From positions 64,001 through 128,000 of the IMG/VR virus record IMGVR_UViG_3300029288_005873: DNA of 64,000 bases; one strand, given 5' to 3'. Under the pieces are notes generated by a model, which did not search any database, was not told the DNA's origin, and saw nothing but the letters and a program-made list of their open reading frames with translations. Positions 31,818 through 40,889 of the stretch are shown here, in pieces. The stretch's first letter is position 1. Every line of letters starts with the position of its first letter. Position numbers and translations under genes: made by a program. This DNA is from a virus (taxonomy: Duplodnaviria > Caudoviricetes).

Positions 31818-31819
31818 AT
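29855..31819 (-). CDS. overlapping +1-frame polypeptide of the methyltransferase (WPTP repeats and motif IX-like LNPxFVExLMGLP)
   Basis: Stop-free over the whole gene; ATG overlaps the frame-A GTG (ATGTG) behind one GGAG RBS. Confidence 0.72.
   Translation of the reverse strand: MWLHIPQGFCPSAQELEGSNSDLSSPSPDPELFVMSSLKLTPHRSSWPGWKKRSWMKRLSGIACSPSMAALGVEKWIVSLEGSPASLLEHWCLPNLGIDLLKNCVWEIVSLHIWEDGNPLHPLCVEKTPNSCVCGHRVQMSSQHMSIPSTQEMCLKYGTIQPESIEKYTANRDSFPQNLCAGRWCARLFLKPLSMTTTVLNFGGLLEDISPMDIFATGKDCAKLGSRWDAQSLPVGIRKLMILPPESRSQVFMPIVKKGEQQQNSILQIHPCINSFFLLGDWPMENGFQGVLWNFLGAKQMPCCKAICLEMDTTRTSCASQVAPVGHYLWECRLSHKALEELSVLLSKVIEKVTPVLLKEEQSDSVMPGNSTSAQETVNLLSTEYTDGSRSDTWNSVVSALYGTFLYWKMNHTLPKEWRYTIVPLTLLQENGAEKKTTETSGRSSQGLSEKCHLLYASSKMSQTCSTQCSETYVKTFGEWITELKREYSARQKSVLLISENDSSSWPTARATDGTKGGPNQHGTKGDLTLPSAAAQWPTPASRDHKGGADWRKRTRDGKPRPESDRTLPDVAEFWPTPSAAQYGSNQGGSAGRVGRIRPSLQRLATQKGGRGCRMMLNPLFVEMLMGLPPHWTCVCQHSETGSQPVKQEKGREK
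30555..31568 (-). mobile_element. 338-aa intein with LAGLIDADG endonuclease, inserted at the catalytic PC motif
   Basis: Starts CFAAGT, has TxEHPF block B, VGRYIADG and LQGYLSGDG, ends VHN before the catalytic Cys. Confidence 0.93.
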
Positions 31820-31940
31820 GGTTCTCCAGTTTATGACATGGCACCAAGAATCAGTGCGAAGCCGAATGCTACCAAACATATGACGCCAAGGACCAGTGAG
31901 GTCCTAACGTTACTTTCTTCTGTCTTTTCCATTACAACCT

Positions 31941-32387
31941 TTACTTTCCAGTCGATCCAAATCCACCGCTTCCGCGACCAGTGCCGTCCGACAAGGAAGG
32001 TTCTTCCTTCCATGTTCCACGGGATATGTTCACAAGAACACCTTGGGCTATCCTATCTCCACATTTAATACTATAAGGCATATTTCCCATATTTACTAGG
32101 AGGACCTTGACTTCACCCCTATAATCTGAGTCTACAATGCCAGGAGAGTTTAGAACAGTTACACCACTGTTTTTAGCAAGCCCAGAACGCGGACAAATAA
32201 AAAGTGTGAACCCCTCATGGAACTCAACAGCTATGCCTGTACCAACAAGTTTGCGTTCTCCCGGCATTAGAGTAGCATCTTCAGAACTATACAGATCAAC
32301 ACCAGCCGATCCATCAGTGGCATATGTTGGGGTATTACTGAAAGGAGAAAGTTTTGTAAATCTAGTTATAGCTGTTCTCTTACCCAT
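31941..32387 (-). CDS. dut: dUTPase (trimeric)
   Basis: AGVDL, PRSGLA, GIVDSDYRGE, DRIAQ, RGSGGFGSTG. Confidence 0.97.
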   Translation of the reverse strand: MGKRTAITRFTKLSPFSNTPTYATDGSAGVDLYSSEDATLMPGERKLVGTGIAVEFHEGFTLFICPRSGLAKNSGVTVLNSPGIVDSDYRGEVKVLLVNMGNMPYSIKCGDRIAQGVLVNISRGTWKEEPSLSDGTGRGSGGFGSTGK

Positions 32388-32902
32388 TGGTCTTTCCTAG
32401 TTGGAGCCTTTGCAATAAACCTATCTTTTGAGATCCTAATGATGTTCCATCCAAGCATATTAACTAAGGTTTTTGTGTTATATGGGAAACCATTTTTTGC
32501 GCGAAACATTTCAACAATTATGTATGCTCCTTCAGCAGCAGTGCGTTTAATCTCAGACACAAGATGTATGCGCTGATCCTCAGGGAGAAAACACATTAGA
32601 TAATCACATAGGAACAGGTTTATTGTTCCATCGTAGCATGGAAGATGTTCGTTGCCGAGATCCATACAAAAACTGCCATTGTCACCAGCAGCATCGATAG
32701 GCATCACAGTCCAACCAAGTGATTCGGCAAATTCTGTATTGCGCAAGTTGCCAGCTCCTAGGTCAAGTGCAAGTGGTTTTGCCGACGGTAAAGGTATACT
32801 GGGCAAATATTTGCGCAGATACGGTGTTGGTGTTTTGCTGCCACATCGAATAGGTTTCATGCTTGTCCCGAGTGCTCTAAAGCTAATCTTCTTCTGCGAC
32901 AT
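32366..32902 (-). CDS. class I SAM-dependent methyltransferase
   Basis: ALDLGAGNLRN motif I. Confidence 0.75.
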   Translation of the reverse strand: MSQKKISFRALGTSMKPIRCGSKTPTPYLRKYLPSIPLPSAKPLALDLGAGNLRNTEFAESLGWTVMPIDAAGDNGSFCMDLGNEHLPCYDGTINLFLCDYLMCFLPEDQRIHLVSEIKRTAAEGAYIIVEMFRAKNGFPYNTKTLVNMLGWNIIRISKDRFIAKAPTRKDQWVREQL

Positions 32903-33260
32903 GTATTCTTTTTTGGCGGCTTGTGCGACAGTTGCTTTCCGGCAGCAATATTTCTCTTCTCTTCCTTGAGTCTCATTTTCCGCCTTTTGTTTCGCCTAGA
33001 ATTGCGAAACTTCTTTCCTTCTTCAGTATCAGCTGGAGGAGCCTTGGACACGTCCATATCAGCTTGACGCTTGTTCCTCAAACCCTCCAGAAGATCGGTT
33101 GTGAACTTCCTACCTCTTGGTTTTGTGGAACCTCGCGGAGCTACAATTAGTGTGCCTTTGCTCTCTGGCTCCAATTCTCTATTAAACTTGGGTCCACGGT
33201 CGGCATTTGGATGTTTTTCAAACCATTCCTTCCTTCTTCTGGCTTCTCCCATATATTCTC

Positions 33261-34721
33261 CTAATCAATCTTGATGTCGTTTGTGCGCAGCGTCATAACA
33301 TGCTGCCCGCCGGTTCCAAAATGAATTCCAGCCTCATTGAGAACTTTAGTTGTGATACGAATACGATGCCACTTATCGACAGTAAACGATCTCACGACAG
33401 TTTCACCAGGAACTGTGTCCGTCTTCAGAACCAGACAATTTCCACACTTTACGGCATCAACATTGTCACCAATATTCCATCCAAGACTAGACATCCAAGA
33501 ATGAGGAACTTCAAGTCTTCCATCACCCTTCTGTGTTCTAGTCATAGATGACACATCAACGGCGTGCGGAGTAGTTTGTACATTATTCTGGACAACGATA
33601 GGAGCAGCTTGCTGTTGCGGCTGACTATTATCATTAACAGGAGCCTGACGCTGTGGTCGTAGAGCAACCTGTGAACGATTTTGATAGTCACCAGATGGAA
33701 CCGTCACATGGTGATACAAGTATGTCTGAGCATTTACACCATTCGACACCGTCACGTCTATTAGATCTCTGACGTATCCATAGACTTTCATTTCACCATT
33801 TGCAAAGCATAGGCGAACATTCTCTGCAATCTCGCGATGTCTAGCAACCACGCCGTCCGACTTCATTTTATTACTCACATCAAGACTTGTAAACGACTCA
33901 AGTCCTCTACAGAAATCCTTCACAACCGAACAAGTCTTGCTACCAATGTCCATGTTTTCCTCTTTTCTGTCATTCTTGGCTGCGTCAACAATTGGCGCAC
34001 ATTCTGTTTTAGAACAACAATCGTCCTCAAAAACTATAGGCTTCATCTTGTCAACCAACGCATAAACAAAATCACGGGACTCTTTTAGTCCATTTCCTGT
34101 GACATCTTTGTACAACTTTATGGCTGCAATTTTCTTACCTTCAGATATTAGTTTCTTTAACTCAGACACTGTAACCTTTCTCGGTGGAATAAGAATATCA
34201 TCAACAGATGAATCTGGTCTAATGACCTCATCACATTTTGACTTTCCGAAACCATATCCATCAAAAAATGTAGAAGTATTTTCTCTATAGAGAGGCGCAC
34301 CGCAAAACGTCTCTACATCCTTTTTTTCACAAATCTTCTTGAGTGAAGGTGCCATATCCCTAACATGCTTGTGTAGATCTCCAGCCCAATTTAGAACGGG
34401 ATACCTTTGGCGCAACCATCGCATACGTTCATCATCTTCACTATAGGGAAAATCTTCAGCAACTTTTTCAATCTCCGCACAGACTTCTTTCAGAAACTCT
34501 ACAGTTGGTGGACTACCACGGGCAATTCTTGAAAATAAGGCAACAATAAGACGACCGCATAAAACTGAATAGTTCTGACTGTCAAATAGATCAGCAAGCT
34601 TTACTAAACCCTCAGCTACGCGCCTGGTGAAAATTGACCCATCTTTGTCAAAACCAGCATCAGATAATAGTCTCTTTACCGCATCATACACTGGACGAGG
34701 TTTGTTAAACACATCTTCCAT
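33261..34721 (-). CDS. multidomain protein with L7/L12 C-terminal-like motif and AbrB-like C-terminus
   Basis: KKIAAIKLYKDVTGNGLKESRDFV; KGDGRLEVP and DKWHRIRI. Confidence 0.55.
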   Translation of the reverse strand: MEDVFNKPRPVYDAVKRLLSDAGFDKDGSIFTRRVAEGLVKLADLFDSQNYSVLCGRLIVALFSRIARGSPPTVEFLKEVCAEIEKVAEDFPYSEDDERMRWLRQRYPVLNWAGDLHKHVRDMAPSLKKICEKKDVETFCGAPLYRENTSTFFDGYGFGKSKCDEVIRPDSSVDDILIPPRKVTVSELKKLISEGKKIAAIKLYKDVTGNGLKESRDFVYALVDKMKPIVFEDDCCSKTECAPIVDAAKNDRKEENMDIGSKTCSVVKDFCRGLESFTSLDVSNKMKSDGVVARHREIAENVRLCFANGEMKVYGYVRDLIDVTVSNGVNAQTYLYHHVTVPSGDYQNRSQVALRPQRQAPVNDNSQPQQQAAPIVVQNNVQTTPHAVDVSSMTRTQKGDGRLEVPHSWMSSLGWNIGDNVDAVKCGNCLVLKTDTVPGETVVRSFTVDKWHRIRITTKVLNEAGIHFGTGGQHVMTLRTNDIKID

Positions 34722-34753
34722 AAAATCTCTCCCTCTTATTTGTTACCTTTGTT

Positions 34754-35476
34754 TCACGCAATAATGTCCTTGAGAGTGCTCCAACATCCTTTTGGATCAC
34801 GAACTATACGCATAGGCGGGGGCTTGGGTTTCTGTCCACGTGTTGGATAGACAAGTGAAAAAATGCTTATGGACCGCGACATAACACAATCTGCCGCAGC
34901 GCGCAAAACACTTGGAACATGCCATTCAGCATCACCTTTATCCATATACACATTCACTGGAAGAGCTGGCAATCCCATATCTTCCCAGCTCTTTGCCGCT
35001 GATTCAAAGTCCTGCGCACATGCGGCATTATCGCTAAAGTCTAAATATACAGCAGGAGCCAAAGCAGACTTCATATCTGTAAATAGCGGAGAGGGAAGAT
35101 TGTCTTTATCAAACCATAGCCATTCTGAGCATTTTTCAGGCTCTTTAGCCACAGGTTCCCCTCCGATATATTTTGCTTCCATGAACAAGGTAATGTAATG
35201 TTTTCTATCACCCTCGAAAACCGTGTTCACATACGGAAGGTAGTATAACTTTCTAATCAAACCAAGTTCAAGCCCAGTCTCCTCGATAACCTCACGACGC
35301 GCAGTCTGCTCAGGAGTTTCACCAAATTCAATATGACCACCTGGTGTATGCCATGTGCCAATACCATGTGACTTTAGACATTTACCCAAAAGCACTTGGT
35401 TTCCTTTCCTGATGACTACTGCTACACCAATACGCACTATTGGCATAGGCGCACCACAGTCAATACAATTTGGCAT
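34754..35476 (-). CDS. Nudix hydrolase (NUDT15/MutT-like) with C-terminal extension
   Basis: PGGHIEFGETPEQTARREVIEETGL; EPEKC..W.WF. Confidence 0.9.
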   Translation of the reverse strand: MPNCIDCGAPMPIVRIGVAVVIRKGNQVLLGKCLKSHGIGTWHTPGGHIEFGETPEQTARREVIEETGLELGLIRKLYYLPYVNTVFEGDRKHYITLFMEAKYIGGEPVAKEPEKCSEWLWFDKDNLPSPLFTDMKSALAPAVYLDFSDNAACAQDFESAAKSWEDMGLPALPVNVYMDKGDAEWHVPSVLRAAADCVMSRSISIFSLVYPTRGQKPKPPPMRIVRDPKGCWSTLKDIIA

Positions 35477-35906
35477 CGTAAAAAGATCTCAAATTAAATT
35501 GTAGACAACCATCAGCAAGTACAGCATCAGTAGAACCAAATGGAGCACATGCGTAACCAATAGAGCAGTGACCATCTATATGTCGCGAGGTAAGAAGTCC
35601 CTTGTTATTTACACATAGTGAAACTTTATCTGGATACAGTTTATCAGCTTCAAACTGATCGGTAGCATATATTCCAGGAGCAGTCCATAATGTTACCATA
35701 CCACAAGATGTTGTGTCATAAAAAACGCCATCACGCACATCATCAATAGGACCAATCGGCATACTACCATCTGATACAGTAATGTATCTGGATTTTCCAG
35801 ATACAATCACTTGACCAAACATACCTCGATGGAAGTGAACAGCTGGATCTGGGTCAACAGGATAAGATATTGGAAGAGCCATACTTACCTGGATAATTTT
35901 CAACAT
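35460..35906 (-). CDS. hypothetical protein, possibly capsid-decoration-like
   Basis: DTT..G.VT.W...G.Y.TDQFE pattern. Confidence 0.35.
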   Translation of the reverse strand: MLKIIQVSMALPISYPVDPDPAVHFHRGMFGQVIVSGKSRYITVSDGSMPIGPIDDVRDGVFYDTTSCGMVTLWTAPGIYATDQFEADKLYPDKVSLCVNNKGLLTSRHIDGHCSIGYACAPFGSTDAVLADGCLQFNLRSFYDAKLY

Positions 35907-36344
35907 TTTGGAACCTCGATTTTCTCAAGCTCTAGAAGCACCGCTTCGGGAATCTGATACATCTCAATTTTCAATACGCGGGATGGGAAGGCAAGCGTCC
36001 CAGGTTTTAGGAGTTCGACTTTCCCGACCATATATCCATTGGCTTGTTTTGTATAGCCAAACCAATTATCGTGGGCATTGACGCCACGCACCTTGATCTT
36101 CGCACAAATACCAAAACTATGGGCATATCTATCACCACGTACCGCTGGAATAACCTCAAGTACACGTCCATACTGGAGTCCAGCACATCGACCAAGAGCG
36201 TGTCCATAGATGATGTAGTCTCCAGGAAAAATTTGCCTGCCTGATTTGTCGAGAAATTTCTCAGTCGGATTCATATTTTCTCCTACTGGTTTTGATTGGG
36301 TATGTGATGGAATGTAATAGGTTTTGTTTGTTATCAAAAAAACT

Positions 36345-37889
36345 CTAAGGCAGTCCAGATTTCACTCGTCCACTACAGACTGGGCACCAATGATTGTTTT
36401 TAATATTACTGTAATTTGCTAACCATTTATGACCAGAAGCACATTGCCACAGCATTCGAGTGCGACTATTTACATAGGTCTCGCTCAAACATTTTCCGCC
36501 TTTTTGGATAGCACAATTCTTAGCATCATCCAAAGAATGCTTTATATGATTGGAGCAAACCGGACACCAATGGTATTGTGTGTTATTGTATGTTGATTCC
36601 CAAGTATGTCCTGTAGAACATTGCCATAGCATTTTTGTGTGATTATTTACGTATTCTGTTGATAAACATAGTCCTTTTTTAGAGGTAGCTAATTCTCTGG
36701 CATCATCCAAAGTTTTTCTTCTGTACTTAGTAGCACAATTTGGACACCAACTGTTCTCGCAGATATTACAGATTTCCCATTCGTGCCCACAGGAAGCACA
36801 TTCGAAAGCAAATTTGTCGTTACGCATACCAAGAAACCGACCACCATGTAACCCAGCTTTCTTTTTGGCTCTTTTTTCAAGTTCCTCCTGGAGTCTCATA
36901 TGTTGTGTTCTCCTTACCACAGAAAACACATCACCAATAACTATGTGCCTAGAACAAATTACTGGTTCTATTCCTATATGCTTTAGATAATCCTCAAAGA
37001 AAACAGCTAGATCACAAACTTTCAAGCGTGTACCAAGAGAAGGTATGCAAATCAGAGATACCCCGTAATTAACACAAGCGATAGCCTTATCTACATCATT
37101 ATCCTTTGTGCGTTGGAAATCGTGATGGAAATAATCCACTTGTCGGAAATGTTGCTCTCCTTGATACTCAAAGGCGAGCATTAACTCCTCACAGAATCCG
37201 TCGAGGTGAAGTTGATTTCTATGTCTATTCTTCAGCCAAGGAGGATTTGATTTGGGGAATTTATGTCCAACCATAAGTTCTAGACAATAGCGACACACTT
37301 CCTCATTTAGACCAGATGCGCAAATCGGACACCATGAATTGTTGCTTACTATATTTCCAACAGATGCCTCCCACTCGTGACCAAAGCAGCATTGCCAACG
37401 CAGTTTTCCCACTTTTCGATCATCTGATAAGCAGAGACCTCCTCGCTCGATGGCGATAGTTTTCAGGTCTTCGATTTTAAGATAACTATTTTCAAGACAT
37501 TGTGGGCACCAAGAGCCGCAATTTACTACATTTTTGTAGGTGGTTTTCCATTCATGACCCTTAGCACAACAGAATTCTAACATATCCCTGTTGTTTCCGT
37601 AGGTTATCGACAGACATTTTCCGCCATGTTCAATAGCAATTTTATGAGCTGTTTCTAATTGTCCGCGCCTAAATTTGTTATCATACTTTTTCGGGCATGG
37701 TGGCCAGTTACAGGTAGGACATTGCTGCCCATTTTGAAGTTCTTTCCAAGTAGTTTCCCAAGTATGACCTTTGTCGCATCCAATTTTCAGCCGGGTTCTA
37801 TTACCAGCATATGTTTTAGATAGCAGGACAAACCCTTTTGCTACCACAAAAGAAGAAACTTGTTCTATGGTGAATGGTTTTTTTGCCAT
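36345..37889 (-). mobile_element. zinc-ribbon-repeat PD-(D/E)XK homing-type endonuclease
   Basis: About 6 repeats G.CLS..Y...W.C..GH.W...WCP.C; LHLDGF...LAFEYQGEQH core. Confidence 0.8.
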
Positions 37890-37954
37890 AACTATATGCT
37901 AAAGAATTGATAGATCTATGTATGCTTATTATGTGAAGTCAAAAACCCTTCCTA

Positions 37955-39430
37955 TTACATATTCGACTGAAACTCCACAATATAGCGCAAACGATTTTGC
38001 TGACCAGGACCTGACTGTTTATAGACTATATTTTCCGAATTATACAAACCTTTTCCTGGTAAAGCATATACACTATGTGAACCATTAGGGGGTTCGTGAA
38101 AAAATTTGGAGGTATAAACAATGTGTGGATGTCCAATAATTACATCGTTCAAAAACATATAAACACGATCAGAATTACTATTACCACTCCACACTGATCC
38201 GCGCGCTCCGCAATAACCTATGGATTTCGTTGAGTTTTCTGCGAAATATGATCCCGATCCAAAAGCCGCGCCCGTAAAAACTGCTCCCGAAGGTCTAATT
38301 TTTAGTCCGTTTGATATAATACCAACCATATTTTCTGGTCGTGTTCCATGCCACAGAGGCCATACATTGGCAGCAATAAATAATTGTCTTTCATCTTTGT
38401 TTAGATCAGGACGTTCTAAAGAAGTAAATCTTGGTTTCTCTCCACAGCCATTGACATCTTTTCCTATTTTTTTTAGTGAATCTGAAAAATAGCCAAGCTC
38501 TCCATCGCGCAATAGTCTGAATACATTAAAGATTTTTATCTTACCCAACCCTTGGTGATTCTTGGCTCTGGTTTCATGAACCAATTTCTCAACCCACTGA
38601 CGTACAGGATCAACTGGATCTAACCATTCCATTTGTGCTCTTAACTTAGTATATTGCGCATCTACAGAAGATCCCTTTGCTAGAACTGCCGCAACATTTT
38701 TTGCATCCAGAAAAGTGTCTAGAGTCTGGGACTTCTCCATGATTCTGTCAATTGTATTAAGCCTGAGAGTTACCGGGTCTATTCTGTGCGGTAAAACATG
38801 TGGAATCAAACTGTAAAATTGTGATGTGACCACATCCCATTCAGATTCGCCTGTTGTTCTTTTAGCATTAATCCTGTTACGGCATTCATCCAGAATTGCC
38901 CGTCCTTTATCTATTTGTTCTACACTAAGTTGTCCTAGTGGACATTTAAGGTTCATCTCAACAAAATGACCAGTGTCACCGAACCACTTACCAACAAGAC
39001 GTTGTACCTCAGTATGTAAAGTACTTTTCTGCCCATCATTTTTGGCAGAAATGCCAGTCATAGCTTTGGTAATTGCTTTGGCTCCTTCGGAGCCTACAGA
39101 TGTAATAGCGAGATCTACTTCACGATAAGGTTCTTTCTTTCGATCACGCTTCTTCCTAATCAAATCTTCGTAATCTGAAATACAAGCTGATTCAGAACTG
39201 TAATATCTAAACTCCTTGGCACCAGGCTTTCCAACACGACCGTAGACGGTATGGATGCGAGCCTGTCCGTTCCCAGCAACCTGTATCTCTATGTGGAAGT
39301 ATTTGTTGCTGTTTTTTGCTAAGTTCGTACAATTACCTTCCCAGCGCTTAGTAACTTTATATCCTGATGGAAATGAAGGCTGACCAGCCTCATTATCTCC
39401 CCACGCCCTAGCTTTTGTTGAAGAACCCAT
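37955..39430 (-). CDS. WGR + regulatory + catalytic PARP-like ADP-ribosyltransferase
   Basis: NSNKYF.I, YGRVG (WGR); PLGQLS, SQFYSLIPH (regulatory); LWHGT, GSGSYFA, KSIGY, NSENIVY (H-Y-E triad). Confidence 0.92.
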   Translation of the reverse strand: MGSSTKARAWGDNEAGQPSFPSGYKVTKRWEGNCTNLAKNSNKYFHIEIQVAGNGQARIHTVYGRVGKPGAKEFRYYSSESACISDYEDLIRKKRDRKKEPYREVDLAITSVGSEGAKAITKAMTGISAKNDGQKSTLHTEVQRLVGKWFGDTGHFVEMNLKCPLGQLSVEQIDKGRAILDECRNRINAKRTTGESEWDVVTSQFYSLIPHVLPHRIDPVTLRLNTIDRIMEKSQTLDTFLDAKNVAAVLAKGSSVDAQYTKLRAQMEWLDPVDPVRQWVEKLVHETRAKNHQGLGKIKIFNVFRLLRDGELGYFSDSLKKIGKDVNGCGEKPRFTSLERPDLNKDERQLFIAANVWPLWHGTRPENMVGIISNGLKIRPSGAVFTGAAFGSGSYFAENSTKSIGYCGARGSVWSGNSNSDRVYMFLNDVIIGHPHIVYTSKFFHEPPNGSHSVYALPGKGLYNSENIVYKQSGPGQQNRLRYIVEFQSNM

Positions 39431-39444
39431 GATAACCCCTTACG

Positions 39445-39473
39445 AAAAAGGGCGCAACCAAAAGGTGCGCCCC
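39445..39473 (-). terminator. intrinsic terminator immediately 5' of the PARP RBS
   Basis: GGGCGCACC-TTTT-GGTTGCGCCC-TTTTT. Confidence 0.7.
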
Positions 39474-39483
39474 GAATTAAACA

Positions 39484-39521
39484 TCCGCGGAATTTTTTCG
39501 CTGCATCAATGCGCGCGATCC
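39484..39521. repeat. 36-38 bp dispersed intergenic repeat, copy 2
   Basis: tccgcggaattttttcgctgcatcaatgcgcgcgatcc. Confidence 0.8.
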
Positions 39522-39522
39522 A

Positions 39523-39948
39523 TCAAAACCATCCATCGGCGCATAAGCGCCTAATCCAACGCGACGCAAATCGGTTGGCGAATCTCTCATCTATTTTGTT
39601 TTCCTTATCATGGGCACGAGGATCGTCCTGACCATACTTTTTGTATGCATACAGGTGACCCTCCTCATGTAGGAGGTACCAAGCTATCTGCTTAGAGGTT
39701 TCGCATGCCATATTGGCATGCACATGTATTGTGTCAAGGTTAGGGTCACAGAAGGCATAAGGTGGACTTTCCCTATCCTTTTGAGAACATTCATAAAACT
39801 CGAAGAAATATTCCTCAAGTTCGCCTTCGCTCATATGCATAACTATAGAGGCCCTAGGGTATGTGGAAGGTAGACGCTTTGTCAGCTTGTCCCAAACCCT
39901 TAGGATCTTTCGTATTCCGTCAATTCTTTCCCTTGAAGAAAGCGCCAT
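39523..39948 (-). CDS. zincin-like metallopeptidase (HExxH)
   Basis: LLHEEGHL...ERFAN.FA. Confidence 0.7.
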   Translation of the reverse strand: MALSSRERIDGIRKILRVWDKLTKRLPSTYPRASIVMHMSEGELEEYFFEFYECSQKDRESPPYAFCDPNLDTIHVHANMACETSKQIAWYLLHEEGHLYAYKKYGQDDPRAHDKENKIDERFANRFASRWIRRLCADGWF

Positions 39949-39990
39949 TTGGCACCTCCGGGCATCAGGACTTCCTATAATAATGCCCGA

Positions 39991-40029
39991 AAATGGATAG
40001 GGTCGGCTATTTGCCGACCCTATCCATTT
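39991..40029 (-). terminator. 17-bp perfect hairpin after hsp20
   Basis: aaatggatagggtcggc-tattt-gccgaccctatccattt. Confidence 0.75.
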
Positions 40030-40049
40030 GATCTTATTTGGGAAAAAAA

Positions 40050-40400
40050 CTACTGCGCCTTGACCTCAATCTTCCTAGATGATGGAGCAGCCCGTTTAGG
40101 GATCTCTACTTTCAAAACCCCATTGGACAATGTGGCCGATATACCGCTTGAATCAACAGATGGCGGAAGGATAAAGCTTTCCGAAAAGCTTTTATGGAAA
40201 GCTGCTTTTCCGCTTTTACCCCATTTACGTTCTGCTTTTATTGAGAGTTTATCCGCAGTTACGCCAATATCAATATCAGAAAGCTCGACTCCAGGAAGAT
40301 CAACCTCAATCCTGAAAGCTTTTTCATCCTCAAAAACATCTAAGGGCTTCTCTGACAGAAGCGGGGAAAAGACATCATCAAACAAAGACCATCTAAACAT
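40050..40400 (-). CDS. Hsp20/alpha-crystallin small heat-shock protein
   Basis: DVFED...VDLPGV, A.LSNGVLKVEIPK, IEV tail; upstream TTGACA-N16-TATCTT. Confidence 0.93.
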   Translation of the reverse strand: MFRWSLFDDVFSPLLSEKPLDVFEDEKAFRIEVDLPGVELSDIDIGVTADKLSIKAERKWGKSGKAAFHKSFSESFILPPSVDSSGISATLSNGVLKVEIPKRAAPSSRKIEVKAQ

Positions 40401-40889
40401 TTTACACCTCCTTGCCTTCATTGGCTAAAAGACAAGATAATCATGCTAGACAGGATGTCAAGATCTTTTTAAGCTTCAATCTGCGGAAGATGGAGCATCT
40501 CGAGCCGTTCCAGTTCACGAGAAACAATGGAGCGTGCCCAAGTGATATTCAGCTTCTTCCAAAGCTGCTGTAGAACCTGTGCCTTCAACCCATCCAAAGT
40601 ATTGGTTTGAAAGGAGAAACGCTTGAATGGAGGCATCTCTCTATTGTTGTTATTTAGCATCCTTGACTGAGCGATAAGCCTACCCCTTGGTCGCGAGAAC
40701 TCCTTTTCGCTCGGAGCACAATACGACACGGCACAATTCACAATAATTTCAGGATTATTGGATTCGTCAAGCTCGGTAGCGATAGTGATGCCAGCACCCT
40801 TTTTGCTATTGATGATGTGATAAAATCTCATTTTCTTTCCTCTCTGTTGTGACGCTTTGCGTCGTTAAAGTTAATTGCCAAAAGGCAAA

